Shown here one piece after another: positions 46,920 through 58,174 of a stretch of 64,000 bases of DNA. The position numbers and the translations under genes were made by a program. Each line of letters opens with the position of its first letter. Position 1 is the first letter of the stretch. A model generated the notes under the pieces. The model was not told the DNA's origin. It made no database searches and saw nothing but the letters and a program-made list of their open reading frames with translations. The stretch spans positions 32,001 to 96,000 of the forward strand of contig JBPCLP010000009.1 of the NCBI GenBank assembly GCA_051003195.1, read 5' to 3'. The DNA is from Candidatus Sumerlaeaceae bacterium. Lineage in GTDB: Bacteria > Sumerlaeota > Sumerlaeia > Sumerlaeales > Sumerlaeaceae.

Positions 46920-48665
46920 ATGAACATCCTTGGTATCTCCGCCTACTACCATGACTCCGCCGCAGCGCTCGTGCGTGACGGCCAGCTGGTGGCCGCGGCG
47001 CAGGAGGAGCGGTTCACGCGCAAGCGTCATGATGAATCGCTTCCAGTGAACGCTGTGGCATATTGCCTGCGCGAGGCCGGTTTGCGAATCGATGACATTC
47101 GTTATATCGCGTTTTACGACAAGCCATTCCTGAAGTTCGAACGGCTGCTGTTTACCTACCTGGCTTGCTTTCCGCACGGCTTCCGTTCGTTTCTCGCAGC
47201 GGTTCCAATGTGGGCGTCGCAGAAACTCTGGCTCAAGTCGCTGATTCGCCAGGAGCTGAATTTTCATGGAGAGATCTGCTTCAGCGACCACCATATGTCC
47301 CATGCAGCAAGTGCGTTCCTGGTGTCGCCATTTGAACGGGCGGCCATTCTGACGGTTGACGGGGTTGGCGAATGGAGTACGTCAACGTGGGGCACGGGAG
47401 ACGGAACGCAGGTCCATCTGACACACGAGACCCGCTTCCCCCATTCGCTGGGTCTGCTCTACAGCGCGTTCACGTACTATCTTGGTTTTAAGGTAAACAG
47501 CGCCGAGTACAAGGTGATGGGTCTCGCACCTTATGGAAAGCCTGTTTTCTACGACAACGTTTGCGAGACAATTGACTGGAAGCCGGACGGCAGCTTTCGC
47601 CTGAACCTGAAATATTTCGATTTTATGGCGGGCATTCGCATGACCAGCGCGCATATGGACGAGCTGTTCGGTGGGCCGGCTCGCCAGCCGGAGAGCCGCC
47701 TTACGCAACGGGAGTTCGATATCGCGGCCAGCGTACAGCGCGTCACAGACGAGATCATGCTGGCCATGGCTTCACACGTGCGGCGTGAAACCGGTATGAC
47801 GAAGCTTTGCCTGGCTGGCGGGGTCGCGCTGAACTGCGTGGCAAATGCTGAGGTGTTGCGGAAGGCCGGTTTCGATGACCTCTGGATTCAGCCTGCTGCC
47901 GGTGATGCCGGGGGAGCGATTGGTGCGGCTTTTTATTTGTGGAACAGCGTGCTCAAAAATGGGCGAAAGTACACAATGCAACACGTGTATCTGGGCCCGG
48001 AATTCTCGGCGGATGAAATCCGGGATTATCTTAACTCGGCTGGGGCTGTATACGTAGAAAAATCCAAAGAACACCTGGTGCACGAGGTAGCTGGGTTACT
48101 CGAAAAAGGCAAGGTGATAGGCTGGCACCAGGGCAGGATGGAGTTTGGCCCGCGCGCACTTGGCGCGCGCAGTATACTTGCCGATCCCCGGGATCCGGGC
48201 ATGAAGGATAAGCTAAACCGTGCCATCAAGTTCCGCGAAGGCTTTCGGCCTTTTGCACCAAGTGTGACAATTGAAGCGGCGAACGACTGGTTTGAACTTA
48301 ATATAAATGGTTCCGTACACGATAGCCCTTATATGCTGCTGGTCGCAGATGTGCGCGAAGGCCGTCGACAAATCCCGAGCGTCACGCACGTGGACAATAG
48401 TGCACGACTGCAAACGGTCACGCGCGAAACCAGTCCCCTGTATCATGCGCTGATTGAGGAATTTGGCTGCCGGACAGGAGTTCCAGTGCTGATTAACACC
48501 AGCTTTAATGTACGCGGCGAGCCTATTGTCTGCACGCCGGAGGATGCATATCGGTGTTTCATGCGCACAAACATGGATGCGCTGGCGCTAGGTCCGTTTC
48601 TGCTGCGGAAAGAGGAGCAGCCGGCCTGGACAGAGCAAAGCAGCACGCAGCTGGGGCTGGACTAA
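46920..48665 (+). CDS. Carbamoyltransferase (NodU/CmcH family)
   Basis: YHDSAAA, AQEERFTR, HHMSHAASA, EYKVMGLAPYG, GGVALNC, EFGPRALGARS, KFREGFRPFAP, NTSFN. Confidence 0.95.
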   Translation: MNILGISAYYHDSAAALVRDGQLVAAAQEERFTRKRHDESLPVNAVAYCLREAGLRIDDIRYIAFYDKPFLKFERLLFTYLACFPHGFRSFLAAVPMWASQKLWLKSLIRQELNFHGEICFSDHHMSHAASAFLVSPFERAAILTVDGVGEWSTSTWGTGDGTQVHLTHETRFPHSLGLLYSAFTYYLGFKVNSAEYKVMGLAPYGKPVFYDNVCETIDWKPDGSFRLNLKYFDFMAGIRMTSAHMDELFGGPARQPESRLTQREFDIAASVQRVTDEIMLAMASHVRRETGMTKLCLAGGVALNCVANAEVLRKAGFDDLWIQPAAGDAGGAIGAAFYLWNSVLKNGRKYTMQHVYLGPEFSADEIRDYLNSAGAVYVEKSKEHLVHEVAGLLEKGKVIGWHQGRMEFGPRALGARSILADPRDPGMKDKLNRAIKFREGFRPFAPSVTIEAANDWFELNINGSVHDSPYMLLVADVREGRRQIPSVTHVDNSARLQTVTRETSPLYHALIEEFGCRTGVPVLINTSFNVRGEPIVCTPEDAYRCFMRTNMDALALGPFLLRKEEQPAWTEQSSTQLGLD

Positions 48666-48679
48666 TAAACATCGATCCG

Positions 48680-48910
48680 TTATAGCGCGATTAACAATAC
48701 TCCAACACCAATAATCCCTGCCGGTACAAAGCATCCCCATCCCAGGCAACTGGCACAGTCGCCGAAATGATCGTCTGCGCGGTCACTGTAGCGCCTTGAG
48801 TGTCTGAACCATTGGATGATATAGTAAAGCACGGCAAGAGCAAACAGAATAGCGAGCGCGACGACAAACTTATCACCGGTCGAAAGGGGTTGGGAGAAGC
48901 TCCACCACAT
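48680..48910 (-). CDS. Small hypothetical membrane protein
   Basis: 76 aa, two hydrophobic segments with CASCLGWGC between them. Confidence 0.5.
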   Translation of the reverse strand: MWWSFSQPLSTGDKFVVALAILFALAVLYYIIQWFRHSRRYSDRADDHFGDCASCLGWGCFVPAGIIGVGVLLIAL

Positions 48911-48951
48911 AGCTTATGGGTCCTGACTTAACCGGTTGTCACAGGAGAACG

Positions 48952-49668
48952 TTACTGCGCCGGTGGCTGCTCATCCATCCGGGCCGGCGGGGCACTCAGC
49001 GCGCTGAGTTTTCCGACATAGCGGAATGCCCCGTCAACGTACGCGAACGAGTGCATGACATACTGCTCGCCGGTGGCCGAATTGATGAAGCGGACTGTGT
49101 AAAGGGGCGACGGATGCTGCATCGCCGCGAATGCCTGGCGAAGCGCAGGCGTCGCATCGGGGTCGTCCGGACCTTGTATCACCTGCACGGCAACAGCGTT
49201 CTGCTTACGCTCGCGAAGGCCTTTCAACAGCGTGCTGAACTGCTTTACCCATCCTGCACGTAATGCAGAATATTCCTTTTCCAGGTTTACCGCGGCTTCT
49301 GTTCCGTACAATTCAGTAAACCACTTCACCGAATCCGGAAGCTGCAGGCGCAGGCCCGCCGATTTAATTACTTTCTCATCACTGAGTGCCAGCACCTGCT
49401 CAAAGTACGACTTCAACGCGCTGGACTCCGGCAGGACGCGACGATCGTAAAAAGGTGCGGAGGAACCAGATGAAGTGCGCGGCGGTGCCACTGGCGTGTC
49501 GTCCGGTTTCGAGATCGAATTCAGAATCTCTGCGGAGGTTGACGTCTGCGTTGGGATGTCATCCCAGTGTTTAACCTTGCCCTGCCCGACTCGGTCGGCG
49601 CGCGACCAGCTTTGTGCCGCGCATACACCACACGAAAGCACGAGCAGAAGACCGCAGATAATCCTCAC
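48952..49668 (-). CDS. Hypothetical secreted protein
   Basis: Signal peptide; overlaps sufE stop; C-terminal SFAYVDGAFRYVGKL. Confidence 0.65.
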   Translation of the reverse strand: MRIICGLLLVLSCGVCAAQSWSRADRVGQGKVKHWDDIPTQTSTSAEILNSISKPDDTPVAPPRTSSGSSAPFYDRRVLPESSALKSYFEQVLALSDEKVIKSAGLRLQLPDSVKWFTELYGTEAAVNLEKEYSALRAGWVKQFSTLLKGLRERKQNAVAVQVIQGPDDPDATPALRQAFAAMQHPSPLYTVRFINSATGEQYVMHSFAYVDGAFRYVGKLSALSAPPARMDEQPPAQ

Positions 49669-50129
49669 TTCAGCTCGTCTCTGGTTTTCGCGAATTGTTG
49701 CGCTGCCGCCACTTTGCAGAAGTTCACCATACCGGTCAATCCCATGTTCTTGCCCATCGAAAGCTCTCGACCAAAGATGTCATACATCACGTCGGCGGGC
49801 ACACGCAGCACCTGCTCCAGCGGAGCGCCGCTCAGCGTTTTATGCAGGATGACGGCGGCTGCTTTTGCGGAGATACCCTGCGGATTTTCCACCGCGAAAT
49901 GGTATTTCAGTGTGCCGTCGGGGTTCGGCTGGGAGAACACAAAGGCTTCACTTTCGCAATTGGGGACGCGACGCGCCTCGTCAAAGGGGCGCGACGCCAC
50001 ATTCACGGGCACGTCCTTAAAGCTCGTGCCGATGTCGATAAGCATCTGAATCCGCTCGCTGCGGTCCATGGTCCTGAACATCTCCACCATCTCTGCCAGC
50101 CGTGGAGGAATTCCTTCGTAAATCGTCAC
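49665..50129 (-). CDS. sufE: SufE family sulfur-acceptor protein
   Basis: RVPNCESEAF with conserved Cys; follows the rhodanese gene. Confidence 0.85.
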   Translation of the reverse strand: MTIYEGIPPRLAEMVEMFRTMDRSERIQMLIDIGTSFKDVPVNVASRPFDEARRVPNCESEAFVFSQPNPDGTLKYHFAVENPQGISAKAAAVILHKTLSGAPLEQVLRVPADVMYDIFGRELSMGKNMGLTGMVNFCKVAAAQQFAKTRDELK

Positions 50130-50150
50130 AAAAACACCCTTGGCGCACGA

Positions 50151-51029
50151 TTACTTCTCTATGGGTACTCCGACCAGATTGCCCCATTCGGTCCAGCTTC
50201 CGTCGTAGTTGCGAACCTTCTGGAAGCCAAGCAGATATTTGAGCACAAACCATGTGTGACTGCTGCGCTCGCCGATGCGGCAATAGGCGATCACGTCGTC
50301 ATCGGGCGTGAGTCCGTGCTCGGCGCAGTAAATATCTCGCAGTTCATCGGCGCTTTTAAATGTGCCGTCGTCCGGGTTTATCGCGCGGCTCCATGGCACG
50401 CTCTTCGCCCCGGGTATGTGGCCGCCGCGCAACGCTCCCTCATTCGGGTAACCTTCCATGTGAAGCACTTTGCCTTCGTATTCGCCAGGACTGCGAACAT
50501 CAACCAGCGGCTTTTTGGATTTCACGTGCTCCAGCACCGCATCCCGAAACACACGCTCGCGCACATCATCGCGTTGCGGTGCCGGGTAATTGGAGGCTGC
50601 AAACTTCGGTACCTCTCGCACAAGCGGACGTCCCTCTTTTTCCCATTTAATTCGACCACCATCCATAATCTTTGCGTTCTTATGTCCAAAAAGCTGGAGC
50701 ACCCAGAACGCGTACGTCGCCCACCAGTTGTTTTTATCTCCGTACAGGACGATCGTCATGTCGGGCGTGACGCCAATTTTGCTCATCAGCGCTGCGAACG
50801 CTTCGCGGTCCAGGTAATCGCGCCGCAGCTGATCGTTGAGGTCCCGGGTCCAGTCCACTTCCACCGCGCCGGGGATGTGTCCGGAAGGGTAGAGCAGCGA
50901 GTCTTCATTGGATTCCATGATTCGGATGGATCGATCCTGCATTTGCCCGGCGATCCAGTCAGTGCTTACCAATGCGTCGGCATGCGCATACCCGCGTTGC
51001 TCAATGGGAGGGTGATTCGTTGAGTTCAT
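50151..51029 (-). CDS. Thiosulfate sulfurtransferase (tandem rhodanese, SseA/CysA-like)
   Basis: GHIPGA twice, YCRIGERSS active site, YDGSWTEWG. Confidence 0.95.
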   Translation of the reverse strand: MNSTNHPPIEQRGYAHADALVSTDWIAGQMQDRSIRIMESNEDSLLYPSGHIPGAVEVDWTRDLNDQLRRDYLDREAFAALMSKIGVTPDMTIVLYGDKNNWWATYAFWVLQLFGHKNAKIMDGGRIKWEKEGRPLVREVPKFAASNYPAPQRDDVRERVFRDAVLEHVKSKKPLVDVRSPGEYEGKVLHMEGYPNEGALRGGHIPGAKSVPWSRAINPDDGTFKSADELRDIYCAEHGLTPDDDVIAYCRIGERSSHTWFVLKYLLGFQKVRNYDGSWTEWGNLVGVPIEK

Positions 51030-51121
51030 AATAAGGTTATGGCTTGGCGGGCGCGAAGTCGTGTCAAGCCTGCTACTTTGTCTGTTGACCGGGCGCTGTG
51101 TGGGTTTGAGGCAGTCGATTC

Positions 51122-51352
51122 ATGGACTTCTTCGTCACACCTGATCACATTATCAACCTCTCACACATCGCCTACGTGGAGAGGCAAGGTGGGCAGCCAC
51201 AGGTCGTGATTATCTATTTCTCGGCCCTTACGAGCGGACCGGGAGGCGAGCCGCAGCCTTTTACGCTGACTTTGCGTGGCGCGGACGCCGACCTGCTGCT
51301 TCAGCGGCTGACGCGCAAGCCCGGCGAAGATGAGGAGATGCGCTGGACCTGA
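51122..51352 (+). CDS. Small hypothetical protein
   Basis: 76 aa, ATG with GAGG upstream; HIINLSHIAYVE. Confidence 0.6.
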   Translation: MDFFVTPDHIINLSHIAYVERQGGQPQVVIIYFSALTSGPGGEPQPFTLTLRGADADLLLQRLTRKPGEDEEMRWT

Positions 51353-51397
51353 TTCGGCGGCGCGAGCTTACAGCGCCAGCGCTGGGACTGTATCGCC

Positions 51398-51994
51398 ATG
51401 CAGACTGAAACGCAGGTAATCTACACGATCCTGGGTGCGGTCCTGTGCCTTGGAGGCTGGGCAATTTTCTGGCTGGGAAGCCGGCTGCTCGGGCTGGCGC
51501 TTGGGATGGCATTCGGTTTCTTTTTCGGTGACCTGCTGGGTCTTGTGCTGAAGCTCGACGAGAACGCAACAGTGCTGGTGCTGCTGGCCTGCTCTATCAT
51601 GGGGGCATTTGGCGGACTTTTACTTATGCGGGCAGCCACGACTTTTGTGTTTGGCCTGGCGGGTTTTCTTTTTGGTGCGCTCCTCGGCAGAATGGGCTGC
51701 GAAATGTACGCGGAGGTGAAGCAGGAGACGTATGCCTTTACCGCGCCGATAGCGGTTATTGTGATCGCAGCAGGTATGGTGATGGGCGTGCTCGCGTTTT
51801 GGATGCAGAAGTACATTATGATCCTCATCACCAGCTATGTGGGCTCGACTTTCCTGGTGGCAGGAGTGGAATGGTTACAGCAGCACGAACCCTGGTCGGT
51901 GCCCGGCGTCACGTTGCTCGCGATTGGCTGGCAGATGCTGCTGGTGATGCGGCTGATTGCAGATACCCCTTCGCGGGTCGCCGACGCGGAGTGA
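51398..51994 (+). CDS. Gly-rich polytopic membrane protein (DUF4203/TMEM198-like)
   Basis: About 7 TM helices with GFFFG and GFLFG; ILITSYVGS. Confidence 0.7.
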   Translation: MQTETQVIYTILGAVLCLGGWAIFWLGSRLLGLALGMAFGFFFGDLLGLVLKLDENATVLVLLACSIMGAFGGLLLMRAATTFVFGLAGFLFGALLGRMGCEMYAEVKQETYAFTAPIAVIVIAAGMVMGVLAFWMQKYIMILITSYVGSTFLVAGVEWLQQHEPWSVPGVTLLAIGWQMLLVMRLIADTPSRVADAE

Positions 51995-52002
51995 ATTTTG
52001 CC

Positions 52003-52764
52003 TTAACGAGGAGCGGTTGTTGTCGGGCCGCCTGGGACTGCGCTGGCAGGGGCACCGGTGACGGGTGCAACTGCTGGAGGAGGCTCGAGCCTTGGGACCG
52101 ATGGCGCCTTATATCCAAGCTTGACCGCGTTGGCGCCAGGTTCGAATCCAACCGCTGCGCCTAATGCGACCGCCTCGTCCTGGTCGACGGCGTCCCCACT
52201 GACACCGACCCCGCCAATAAGCCGGCCATTTTTGTAGATCGCCACACCGCCTGGAAATGTGATCAGCCCGTTTCGCGTTTCTTTTCCACCGGTGGCTCCC
52301 TGCTGGTTGCTTGAGCCGATGCCCCATAGCGGACCCGTTGCAATCTTGCCGTCGCTGCCGGTCGTTAGCTGGCTCAGCTCACCAATGATGCGGCTGGTCA
52401 GAGCATTCTCGTCGCTGGAGAAAAATGCGGCGCTACGCGCTTTTGCGATGGCGATATCTTCGGAGCCGACCCATGCGTCCGCCATGGAGCGAAGTCCCAC
52501 CAGCTTGCCATCGCGCTCGACAACCGCGATATGCATCCGGGTCGGGCGTTTTACAATCGGTCCCCGCTCCGCGACCGTGTTACTGCGCAAGCCGTCACCG
52601 CTGGCGATGCCGTTGGCGGCTGCCTCGCCCTGGTTCAGGAGACGCTGGATGTCCTCGCGGCTCAACTCAAAATCAAAACTGCCGCGACGCCGCTGGGAAT
52701 ACGCAGGATTTAAACAGGCGACAACAAGAGCAGCAACTGTGAAGCGGGTAAGAGTGAGTTTCAT
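52003..52764 (-). CDS. Secreted heme-binding protein, GlcG/HbpS family
   Basis: IAVVERDG, DIAIAKARSA, FPGGVAIYKNGRLIGGVGVSGD..DQDEAVA. Confidence 0.85.
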   Translation of the reverse strand: MKLTLTRFTVAALVVACLNPAYSQRRRGSFDFELSREDIQRLLNQGEAAANGIASGDGLRSNTVAERGPIVKRPTRMHIAVVERDGKLVGLRSMADAWVGSEDIAIAKARSAAFFSSDENALTSRIIGELSQLTTGSDGKIATGPLWGIGSSNQQGATGGKETRNGLITFPGGVAIYKNGRLIGGVGVSGDAVDQDEAVALGAAVGFEPGANAVKLGYKAPSVPRLEPPPAVAPVTGAPASAVPGGPTTTAPR

Positions 52765-52798
52765 GGAATCTCCCTGGATTGGACAACAGAAATGAGAA

Positions 52799-53650
52799 TC
52801 AGCTAACGACAGTCTCGGCCAACTGCGGAACTTCAATATAGCCGCGGAAGACAACGTGCGCGCTTCCCTGCAAGGTAACGTCGCACGCGCCGTCTTGTGT
52901 GAGCTCAAAATTAATGGTGAGATACTCGCCACTGGCGGTTTTTACACGAACCGGCGGCTCAACCAGGCCCAAGCGCGCGAAGGTGATGGCGCTGGCAATG
53001 CACCCGGTGCCACATGCCAACGTCTCCGCTTCGACGCCCCGCTCGTAGGTTCGTACTTCAAGATTCCGAGGATCGCGCAAGCGGACAAAATTGACGTTGG
53101 TCCCCGCAGGCGCGAATTCGCTGTGGTGACGCAGATGCTTTCCGGCCTGCTGCACAGGCGTATTTGCGAGTTCATCGACCTGCGTCACAATATGCGGAAC
53201 ACCGGTGTTCAGAAAGTCCAGCTCGCCTTCAAAAACATCGTCGGAGATGCGGATATTATCGCGACGGCTGTGCGCGTCTGTCATGCGTATGCGCACCTCC
53301 CCATTGCGAAGCACCTCAGCGTCATAGTTGCCGCACATCGTTTCAAACGTCATCTGCCCGGGTGCGATACCCTGTAGATGCGCAAACCTGGCAATGCATC
53401 GGCTGCCGTTGCCGCATGTCTCGGCTTCGCCACCATCTGCATTGTAGTAACGCATGCGGAAATGCGCGCCAGTCTCAGCGGCCGGCTCCAGGATCAGCGC
53501 GCCGTCGGCACCGATGGACATGCCGCGCAAACACCACGCGGCAATGAGTTCGTGCCTGCCCTCTTCCGGCAGCCTGCCGTCCATGTTATTTATCGCGACG
53601 AAATCATTTCCGGCGCCGCTTAATTTCCAGAATTCGAGTTCCATTGTCAT
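52799..53650 (-). CDS. dapF: Diaminopimelate epimerase
   Basis: GAGNDF, GADG, NADG.EAETCGNGSRC, TGVPH, ERGVEAETLACGTG. Confidence 0.96.
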   Translation of the reverse strand: MTMELEFWKLSGAGNDFVAINNMDGRLPEEGRHELIAAWCLRGMSIGADGALILEPAAETGAHFRMRYYNADGGEAETCGNGSRCIARFAHLQGIAPGQMTFETMCGNYDAEVLRNGEVRIRMTDAHSRRDNIRISDDVFEGELDFLNTGVPHIVTQVDELANTPVQQAGKHLRHHSEFAPAGTNVNFVRLRDPRNLEVRTYERGVEAETLACGTGCIASAITFARLGLVEPPVRVKTASGEYLTINFELTQDGACDVTLQGSAHVVFRGYIEVPQLAETVVS

Positions 53651-54047
53651 CGACCTACACCTGCTCCTCTTGCTGTCTTCGCCGCGAAGCGTGGCACTGC
53701 TGTTATTATAAACGCTACTCCGAGTTGTGGAGGGCCGTTGCCGCTGTAGAACTCAATTCGACTTGATTAATGTTTGCCGCTGCAAGGGGTGCAAGCTTGC
53801 CCTGTTGTTGGTCAGCCGGATTGTACTGAAGCTGCCGACAGAAAGCGACGTTCGCAGCAGGGTGCCGTTGATCGGCGAGTGCTAATCCTCCCACGATCTC
53901 AAAGCACATCCTCGCGTAAGGCCACACGGGCCAGTATATACCTGTCAAACATGAACGAATTGGCTTGAGCAGTCCCTCCGGCTCTCGTAGCAATGGAGGT
54001 CCGAAACAGTTACACCCGTTGCAGGCGGCTGAAGGGAGAAGCCCAGA

Positions 54048-55151
54048 ATGCCCAAGTGGCGCATACTGATAGTCGATGACGAAGAGGATATCCGTAGCGT
54101 AGTACGCGCTGCGTTGTCGACGAAGTACGAGGTCGTCGAGGCTCGCGACGGGCTGGATGCCTTGCAAAAATTAGACTTATCAGAACCTGACTTTGTCGTC
54201 CTCGACGTTATGATGCCGATGATGGACGGTTACCAGACCTGCGAGGCCATCCGCCGCCACCCCAAGTATAAAGGCCTGTCGGTTCTTTTCCTTTCGGCGC
54301 TTAACAGCCGCGAAGACATGATGAGAGGCTACACGGCAGGTGCAAATCTCTACCTGACTAAACCATTCGATCCGTCGCGCCTTGTGCGGAATGTAGATGT
54401 CTTCTTTGAAACTACTCCCGTCGCTTTCACGCGCAAGAACTACACATTGGCGCAACTTCAAGAACTCGAAAAAAGCGGCCCGAAGGAGCTGGCTGACGCA
54501 CAGGCGCAGAACAGCGGCTTGAGGGCTGCCGTTGAACAGCAGGCCGCGGCACCTGCTGCGCCCACGGCCCCGTCTCAAGCAGCAGCGGCTGCCCCAGCCG
54601 CGGCGACTCCCACCGCAACGAAGACTGTTTCAAGCGTCCGCCCCCGTGTACTGGTTGTGGATGACGACTCCGAGATCCTGTTGCTTACACATGCGATTCT
54701 GGATAACAAATTTGAAGTGTTCACCGCGAACGACGGCATCCAGGCGATTGAAAAAATCACGACGTTCCAGCCGGATATCATCGTGCTGGATGCGATGATG
54801 CCCAAAATGAGCGGCTATCAGTTATGTCAGTCGCTGCGCCGCAACGCACGGTTTAGCAAAACTCCTCTTCTGTTTATCAGCGCAAAGGCAACTCCTCGAG
54901 ACCGCGACTACGCCATGCGGATTGGCGCGGACGCTTTTCTTGGAAAACCGTTTGCGGCACAGGAATTCGAGAACCAGGTGATCGAGCTGACAAAGCACCC
55001 CCGCTTTGTTCTCTACCCAAAAGCGCTCACAATTGTCCAAATCCAGGAACTAGAAAACCGTCGCAAGCGCGATTTGCAGGAGCAAAAGGATCGCCTGCAC
55101 GTGAAGGAAGAAAACGAGCTGGAAAAATTCCTGCGCGAACACACTTCCTGA
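54048..55151 (+). CDS. Protein with two receiver domains and a C-terminal coiled coil
   Basis: ILIVDD..LDVMMP..KPF and VLVVDD..LDAMMP..KPF joined by an Ala/Pro linker. Confidence 0.88.
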   Translation: MPKWRILIVDDEEDIRSVVRAALSTKYEVVEARDGLDALQKLDLSEPDFVVLDVMMPMMDGYQTCEAIRRHPKYKGLSVLFLSALNSREDMMRGYTAGANLYLTKPFDPSRLVRNVDVFFETTPVAFTRKNYTLAQLQELEKSGPKELADAQAQNSGLRAAVEQQAAAPAAPTAPSQAAAAAPAAATPTATKTVSSVRPRVLVVDDDSEILLLTHAILDNKFEVFTANDGIQAIEKITTFQPDIIVLDAMMPKMSGYQLCQSLRRNARFSKTPLLFISAKATPRDRDYAMRIGADAFLGKPFAAQEFENQVIELTKHPRFVLYPKALTIVQIQELENRRKRDLQEQKDRLHVKEENELEKFLREHTS

Positions 55152-55160
55152 CAGCAGAGG

Positions 55161-55506
55161 CGAGTGTGGTCTACCGTTAGTTCGTATTCGGTTCTGTATG
55201 CCGAACTGAGCTCATTCTTCCGCGCTCAGACTGGATAGGAACTTCTGATTCGGCACACTAGTGCGGTGTCCCATTAGTTCGTCACTGGTTTTGTGTGCCG
55301 TCCGAGCTCGAAAGCTTCCTGAAGGATAGCTATGAACTTCTGGGACGGCACACTAGTTATGCCCTGCGTAGGAAGCTGCGAGAAAATAGTTGTTTCGCGT
55401 TCGTTGCTTGTGTGGACTACCGTTAGTTCGTAATCAGTTCTGTGTGCCAAATCGAGGGTAAGTATGCCTTTTGGTCTGGTAATGAACTCCTGATTCGGCA
55501 CACCAG
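55161..55506 (+). mobile_element. Hairpin repeat cluster: type A (55161-55261), type B (55258-55356), type A (55407-55506)
   Basis: A and B share CTAG at 55258; B ends CTAG at 55353; homologous to 18670 and 35402. Confidence 0.75.
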
Positions 55507-55539
55507 TGACCCATCGAGCAAACTAACCAGGAACCCAAC

Positions 55540-56874
55540 GTGACCGACGCTCCAACGCTTTCTACAGCTCCTTCCGTTCCCGTTTCTCCCCGACTCTCGT
55601 TGATGATGTTCCTGCAGTACGCGGTGTGGGGTTTGTGGCTTCCTGTGATTGCCCAGTATCTGCAGGCTCCGGCTGTGGGCGAAGCAGGTGGTTCAGGAAC
55701 TGGTGGACTCGGCTTCAGTGCCGGGCAGGTGGGCTGGATCCTTGGGCTCGCGGGATCCATTGGTGCCGTGTGCTCGCCGTTCATTGCGGGTCAGCTTGCC
55801 GACCGCCACTTCAGAACTGAACGGTGCCTTGCCGTTCTGCTTTTTGCCGGCGGAATCATTAAGTGGTACACCGCCTACCAGACGACGTACTCTTCCTGGC
55901 TTCTGCTCTCCATTCTATATAGCATCACCTATATGCCTACGCTGGCGCTGACCAACTCGCTGGCGCTTGCGCACCTTACGGACAGGGAACGCCAGTTCCC
56001 GAAGGTTCGGGTGTGGGGGACAATCGGGTGGATTGCCGCCGCATGGATTTTCCCGATGGTCTGGCTGCAGACGGATCTTCATTTTCAGGCTCTGCCTCCA
56101 TTTCTAAGCGGGGACGAGGTGCCAAACTCCACGCACCGCCTTGTGGATTCCATGAAAGTCAGCGGCGCCGTGTCGATATTGTACGCAATCTACTGCCTCT
56201 TTTTACCCGCGACACCGCCGCGACGAGATGCCGCCGAGCCGCTGGCCTTTGCCAAGGCGTTCGATCTCATCCGGCGTTATCGCAGTTTTGCGGTGCTCGT
56301 GCTTGCGACGCTGCCAATCAGCATCATCCACCAGATATACTTCGTGCAGACTGCCCCGTTCCTGTCCAGCCTCGGCTTGAAGCCAAGCCAGATCGGGCCG
56401 GCCATGAGTATAGGCCAATTCGCCGAGATTGCCGTCATGGCCGGACTCGGCGCCATGCTGGCGCGGCTGCGTTTCAAGTGGGTCATCACTATTGGCGCGC
56501 TCGCCTACTTTCTGCGCTACGCTATCTTCGGCACGCCCGGACTCCCGATATCGATTATAGTAATCAGCCAGGCGCTGCATGGTTTCTGTTACGCGTGCTT
56601 CTTTGCGGCTGCTTATATCTATGTAGACCGCATCGCCACGTCCGATATCCGTCATTCTGCCCAGACGGTATTCGGCATTATCATCCTGGGAATCGGGCCG
56701 GTTCTGTCGGCCTTTGTGCTCCCGGCGCTCCTTTCCGCAGCTAAAATGTTTCCGCAGATGTCGAGCTACAGCTTCCTGTGGTATAGCCTTGCTGCCATTG
56801 CACTGGTGACAGGCGTGCTGTTCGCCGCGTTTTTCAGGGAAGAAGTATCCGAAAAGCCAACTGCATTGAGCTGA
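55540..56874 (+). CDS. MFS nucleoside:H+ symporter family (NupG/YegT-like)
   Basis: MMFLQYAVWGLW, GQLADRHF, YMPTLALTNS, VRVWGTIGWI, GQFAEI. Confidence 0.9.
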   Translation: MTDAPTLSTAPSVPVSPRLSLMMFLQYAVWGLWLPVIAQYLQAPAVGEAGGSGTGGLGFSAGQVGWILGLAGSIGAVCSPFIAGQLADRHFRTERCLAVLLFAGGIIKWYTAYQTTYSSWLLLSILYSITYMPTLALTNSLALAHLTDRERQFPKVRVWGTIGWIAAAWIFPMVWLQTDLHFQALPPFLSGDEVPNSTHRLVDSMKVSGAVSILYAIYCLFLPATPPRRDAAEPLAFAKAFDLIRRYRSFAVLVLATLPISIIHQIYFVQTAPFLSSLGLKPSQIGPAMSIGQFAEIAVMAGLGAMLARLRFKWVITIGALAYFLRYAIFGTPGLPISIIVISQALHGFCYACFFAAAYIYVDRIATSDIRHSAQTVFGIIILGIGPVLSAFVLPALLSAAKMFPQMSSYSFLWYSLAAIALVTGVLFAAFFREEVSEKPTALS

Positions 56875-57048
56875 ACGCTGGTGCTTATTGCGCATCTTTC
56901 CGTGCTTTAGCCCGGTTTAAGAAATCAGTATTGACAGGCCCGGTACGGTTTCAAATGTCACGATTGCCATTCGAATGCGCTGCTGCGTTTGGTGTGTTTG
57001 CGAATGGTCTACAAGATAATTTAGGGAGCACGGAGAGGAACCTCTTAA

Positions 57049-58056
<1,008 letters not shown>

Positions 58057-58174
58057 GTCATTGTCTGGAGTAGGCCTTAGCCTTGGCGAACTCCACAGTG
58101 CGCATAAGGCATGTTTGAAACTGAGGGCCGGCGGAAACGTCGGCCTCATTTATGTACAAGGAGAAAAATCACGC

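Noticed and set aside
49695..51023. 442-aa plus-strand ORF, and similar long ORFs at 37772-39217, 44635-45867 and 62708-63871
   Set aside because: Antisense shadows of well-supported genes in GC-rich DNA, with no recognisable motifs.
53651..54047. ncRNA or riboswitch in the 400-bp dapF/receiver intergenic region
   Set aside because: No recognisable motif or convincing long stem; most simply a divergent promoter region. An Rfam scan would settle it.
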